DNA of 64,000 nucleotides. Origin: Trichosphaerium sp. ATCC 40318. Lineage: Eukaryota; Protista; Tubulinea. Position 1 is the stretch's first letter, and each line of letters starts with the position of its first letter. Both the position numbers and the translations under genes were made by a program. The notes under the pieces were generated by a model, which did not search any database, had not been told where the DNA came from, and was given only the letters and a program-made list of their open reading frames with translations. Shown here piece after piece: positions 59,885 to 64,000 of the stretch. The DNA is taken from the NCBI GenBank assembly GCA_038496445.1, contig JALMLS010000310.1, positions 310,001 to 374,000 on the forward strand, given 5' to 3'.

Positions 59885-62614
59885 TTAAACATCGTGGATG
59901 CCATCCTCTTCGCCCTGTGCTGACGTGATGAGCTCACTATTACGTTTCTTTAATATTTTCTTTAGTTTGTCTGATTTCTCTGGTTCTGACTTCATAGAAG
60001 ACAATGGTTCTGCTTTTTTACCACTTGAAGTTGTGTCTGAAGTGGACACTTTACCCATACTTTCAAATATCGCCTTACCAATTGGCTACAATTGTACATC
60101 ATGAGCAGAGGTAGTTATGTATTTGGTATCAAAGACGTACACGCCATGATTCCACATGTAGATTGAGTGTAAAGAAGAATATGATGCGGTTCAAAATTGG
60201 ACATAGCCAAACCAAAATAGGAACAATGAAAGGAACTGGTTTCTGAACAAAAACAATGAACATTGATACGCTGCAAAGTAAGTAAAATACGTACTATATG
60301 TTTTTCTGCACAATTACCCATGCTTGTAATCTCACATCCTAACGCATCGATCACATCTTGACCTTGTATCTCAACTTGACTTTTTGCTGAAAAAAAAACA
60401 ATCAGTAAGAAAGTAGATTCTTTCTTGTATCTGGCTAACTGTGGTACGTACTGTACCAATATGATATAAAGAAAGGTAATAAAGATACTGCGTATGAAAT
60501 AGATATTATGAGAGTTCGATAATACGCTTGACGCTGTCGCTTGTGTCGGAAAACTTTGGCTTTTCTGCCTTGCTATTCAAATAATAAGCAAAGTAGTTTA
60601 CACTCCTTAAACAAGGCACGGTACATACAGCACCAATTAAGTATGCTAGGCTACCCAATACAAGACAAGCTAATAGCCATACTACAAAAAAAGGATAGAA
60701 TCCTAGAAGTTCAAAGGTAAGGAACTCAGTGTCTGCTAGTCCAATTAACACTGAAGGCCTGTTTTGCGAAAAAAGGTTAAAACAACAATTGACTCATTGG
60801 TTGCGTACTGTGGTGCTAAAAGCGCGAATCCGAGTTTTCCTAGCCCCGCAGTTATGATAGGAAATATAAGAGGCGGTATGAGGGAAGTCGTATGGACGAT
60901 AATCTTGTGTTTCATTGTAGACAATGGGCGCAAGGTTTTGTAAACATAAATAAGAGCCAATCCCATCCAAACAATATAAATATCGGCCGCTAGCGAAGCC
61001 CACAGATGTATGAAGGCTTTATTGTTGAAGTCAGTATAACACATATGTGAGTATATGGTGGTTCGAAGGTGCACGTGCCTACTATTGCGATGTATGGTGA
61101 ATTTTTTTGACTTTTTAGCTCAGTATTGCTATGGCAAGCGTAGTTCATGTACTCACCAAAAAAAGTTGAGACACATGTAGGCAACAGGAGTACAACAGTC
61201 ACTAGCGCAAATTATTAATAATGACGGCTTTCATATTAGCCATCTAGAAGAAAGCGCAATTTAAGGCATTGATCATATGAATTAAACACGTGACGTACGC
61301 ATGAGGTAAATATATTTGAGATTATAAGGGAACATAAATATCTGCTCCTTTGACGTAATAACCCAAGAAGTCAACGCAAGGATACACAATAGCATCATAA
61401 CCCAAGAAAGAGCGAGATATACAGCCCATAATCTTTGAAGCCATTCTTCTGGGTATTGAAAATCCGGGCACATCAATCTGGAAATCACGTGTAAGTAACG
61501 CGTATTCTATACTCAAATATGAAAGTAGTCGTTCGTACTGGCATACATCTCCATTATTCTCAGACGCCAAAAAAGGTGGCGGGCAGTACTTACGGTTCTT
61601 TTCGCTGATTGGAGCTGCATTGGTGCAGTTGACTTGGATGCCAAAAAAATCATATCCTGTCTCTGGGTACGCCTCAAGCTTTGAAATATCGTCTCTAAAA
61701 GAACAATTGGGCAACGTGAACTCTACAGCCGTCTAAATCATTACTTAGTAATTATATTTGTCACGTGAAAGGCAGGTAGGTAATGTTTCAACAAAAAACC
61801 AAAGTAAGTGCTTTTGAAAACGAAACTAAGCGCACCAGTGCTGGTAAATCGCTTGCACATATATCCAGAAAATCAGTACAATCCTTCTTACATACTGGAG
61901 TTGCTAGTGAAAGTGTGAATGGTATAAGAGTTTTTGAAGGTAGTTCCCTTTTTTTTGAGACCGTTATTATAACGTACCTACAGGTAAATCACCAAAAAGA
62001 GTTGTAATATTGTAACAAGGTCTGAAGAAATCTTGGCAATAAAGCGACATTACAGCTGATTTGCATGCTGGATCCCTAACGATAATTGTAGAACTAGGAG
62101 ATGCACTTAGTTTATTCGGTTTTTTCGAATATTACGGTTTAATCCCTGACAACCAAGTGCTATGTAAATCAAGACCATTTCAAAAGAATTTCTGTTCTTT
62201 CACAAATAAAATCGTAGCTTCCCTTTTATCGCAATCATACAGGTTAGATTTTAGGTAGGCTTTTTTTTTTTGGTCTACAAAATAAATCACGTGTTTTTTG
62301 ATTAAAACTTTTTGCCATTCTTTTTTTTTTTTTGTTATTATAACGTACGTTTTTATGGCTATATCAGCGAGTGTGTAAAGTTCTTGCGTCGTATTGAGTA
62401 TGTTTAAAAAACCCTCGCCATCTTTGATATAATCTTCACAAATCTGTACAGAACCGCCGGTATAAGACGCACACACTACATAGTTACAACAAGGGTAAGT
62501 TTTATAATTTTTAAATTAATATTAAAAAATATTAGATCAGCACGCACCTTGAGCGTGTACTTGTATCGAGACGCAAGCGATTATAATACAGGCAGCATAT
62601 AAGATACGAGCCAT
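59885..62614 (-). CDS. Frizzled/Smoothened-like 7TM receptor with N-terminal Cys-rich domain, copy 1
   Basis: Signal peptide MARILYAACIIIACVSIQVHAQ. Cys-rich CRD-like exons, CPPPFL..CQ..CP linker, FPYN after TM1, YACHSN and multiple TM helices. It ends HDV*. Confidence 0.8.
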
Positions 62615-62995
62615 CCGAAAGCAGTCGGTTGTGAGTTAAAATGCTGTTGACATTAAGCCACAAACCGCCTGTTGCGGAGATTTGACGTATTTTGTACAAT
62701 ACATGATCATGATGTTATCGAACTTACTGCAGTTTTGTTTTGATCATGAACAAGTTCTATTGTTAACATTCATTGCTAGGCGACAACAAGGTACACTAAG
62801 TTTCTGAAACATGGATACAATCCGTTGGTTGTAATTCACTTTATAAATGGGTGATTCGATGGTTCAAAAAGACGTTATCAAACTCTGATACTAGTCTTTT
62901 ACTACATTTAGTTGTTCTTGTAAGTGGATTCGAGAGAAAGTCTATTAACATAAAAATACAAACCAATTTTTTTTTTTCGCGCTTGTTGCCTTTTG

Positions 62996-64000
62996 TTAAA
63001 CGTCGTGAATGGTGTCCTCCTCACCCTGTGCTGACATGATGAGCTTACTATCGGTTTTCTTCAATATTTTCTTTAGTTTGTCTGATTTCTCTGGTTCTGA
63101 CTTCATAGAAGACAATGGTTCTGCTTTTTTACCACTTGAAGTTGTGTCTGAAGTGGACACTTTACCCATACTATCAAATATCGCCTTACCAATTGGCTAC
63201 AATTGTATATCATGAGAATAGGTAGTTATGTATTTGGTATCTAAGACGTACGCGCCATGACTCCACATGTAGATTGAGTGCAAAGAAAAATAGGATGCGG
63301 TTCAAAATTGGTAATATCCAAACCAAAACAGGAACAATGAAAGGAACTGGCCTCTTAACAAGTATGGATAGTTAATAAAAAAGCTGGGGATATAAATATG
63401 TACCAAATGTTCTTCACAGTTTCCCGTGCTCGTGACCTCACAGGCTAACGCATCGAACGTACTCTGGCGCTGTACCTCAACTTGGCTTTTTGCTGAAAAA
63501 AAAAACCAAACAGTTAGAAAGTAGATGCTTGAATATGATACGTACTGTACCAATATGATGCAAAGAAAGGTATCAAAGATAAAGTGTATGATATAGATAT
63601 TATAATAGTTCGATAATATGCTTGACGCTGCCGCTTGTGTCGGAAAACTTTGGCTTTTCTACCTTGCTAAAAACAGAAAACTGGTTAGACTTCTTGAACA
63701 AAAACCGTCGCGTACTGCTCCTACTAAGTACGCGAGGGCACTTAATACAAAACATGCTAATAGCCAAACTATGAAAAAGGGATAGAAAGTAAGCGCTTCG
63801 AAGGCAACGAAGTCAGTAGTTTCAACAACAATTAGAACTGTGGGCCTGTATAAAACTTGTTATACAAAATACGATAATAGAGTATAGTTGCCGTACTGTG
63901 GTGATAGAAGAGAGAATCCAAGTTTTCCAATTCCTGCAGCTATTATTGCTAGTATCAAAGGTGGTACAAGGGCCGTTGTATGAACGATAATCCTGTGTTT
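62996..64000 (-). CDS. Frizzled/Smoothened-like 7TM receptor, tandem paralogue (3' part; 5' end lies beyond the window)
   Basis: Colinear with copy 1 with shared intron positions (KHRIIVHTT, FYPFFIVW, KFSDTSGSVKHIIE). It ends HDV*. Confidence 0.8.

Overview
A gene-dense, AT-rich eukaryotic nuclear window. Most introns are short (about 35-60 nt, GT-AG with several GC-AG), so the ORF track shows only exon fragments. I spliced about 24 genes by eye, so exon boundaries are approximate. The gene content suggests a free-living protist, possibly an amoebozoan (inference). Recognisable genes: GH20 beta-hexosaminidase, CIA30-family protein, 1-Cys peroxiredoxin, eEFSec, subtilisin, PPR protein, TKL kinase, arylsulfatase and two tandem Frizzled-like receptors. 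The less ordinary content is: (1) three dispersed F-box-like + variable 24-aa MORN-variant repeat paralogues, plus two other F-box genes; (2) a Reeler-domain polyprotein with an internal signal-peptide-like segment directly before a His-brace/LPMO-like module; (3) two H-Y-E PARPs with unusual architectures (SPRY-RCC1-PARP-coiled coil, and WWE-receiver-PARP); (4) a nitronate-monooxygenase homologue with His->Gln in the EAGGH motif; (5) a C2-Rab fusion; (6) strong enrichment of CACGTG, mostly in introns and often next to branch points; (7) small TIR elements, including a hAT-like MITE and one with RSS/Transib-like bipartite ends. No rRNA, tRNA or CRISPR array was recognised.
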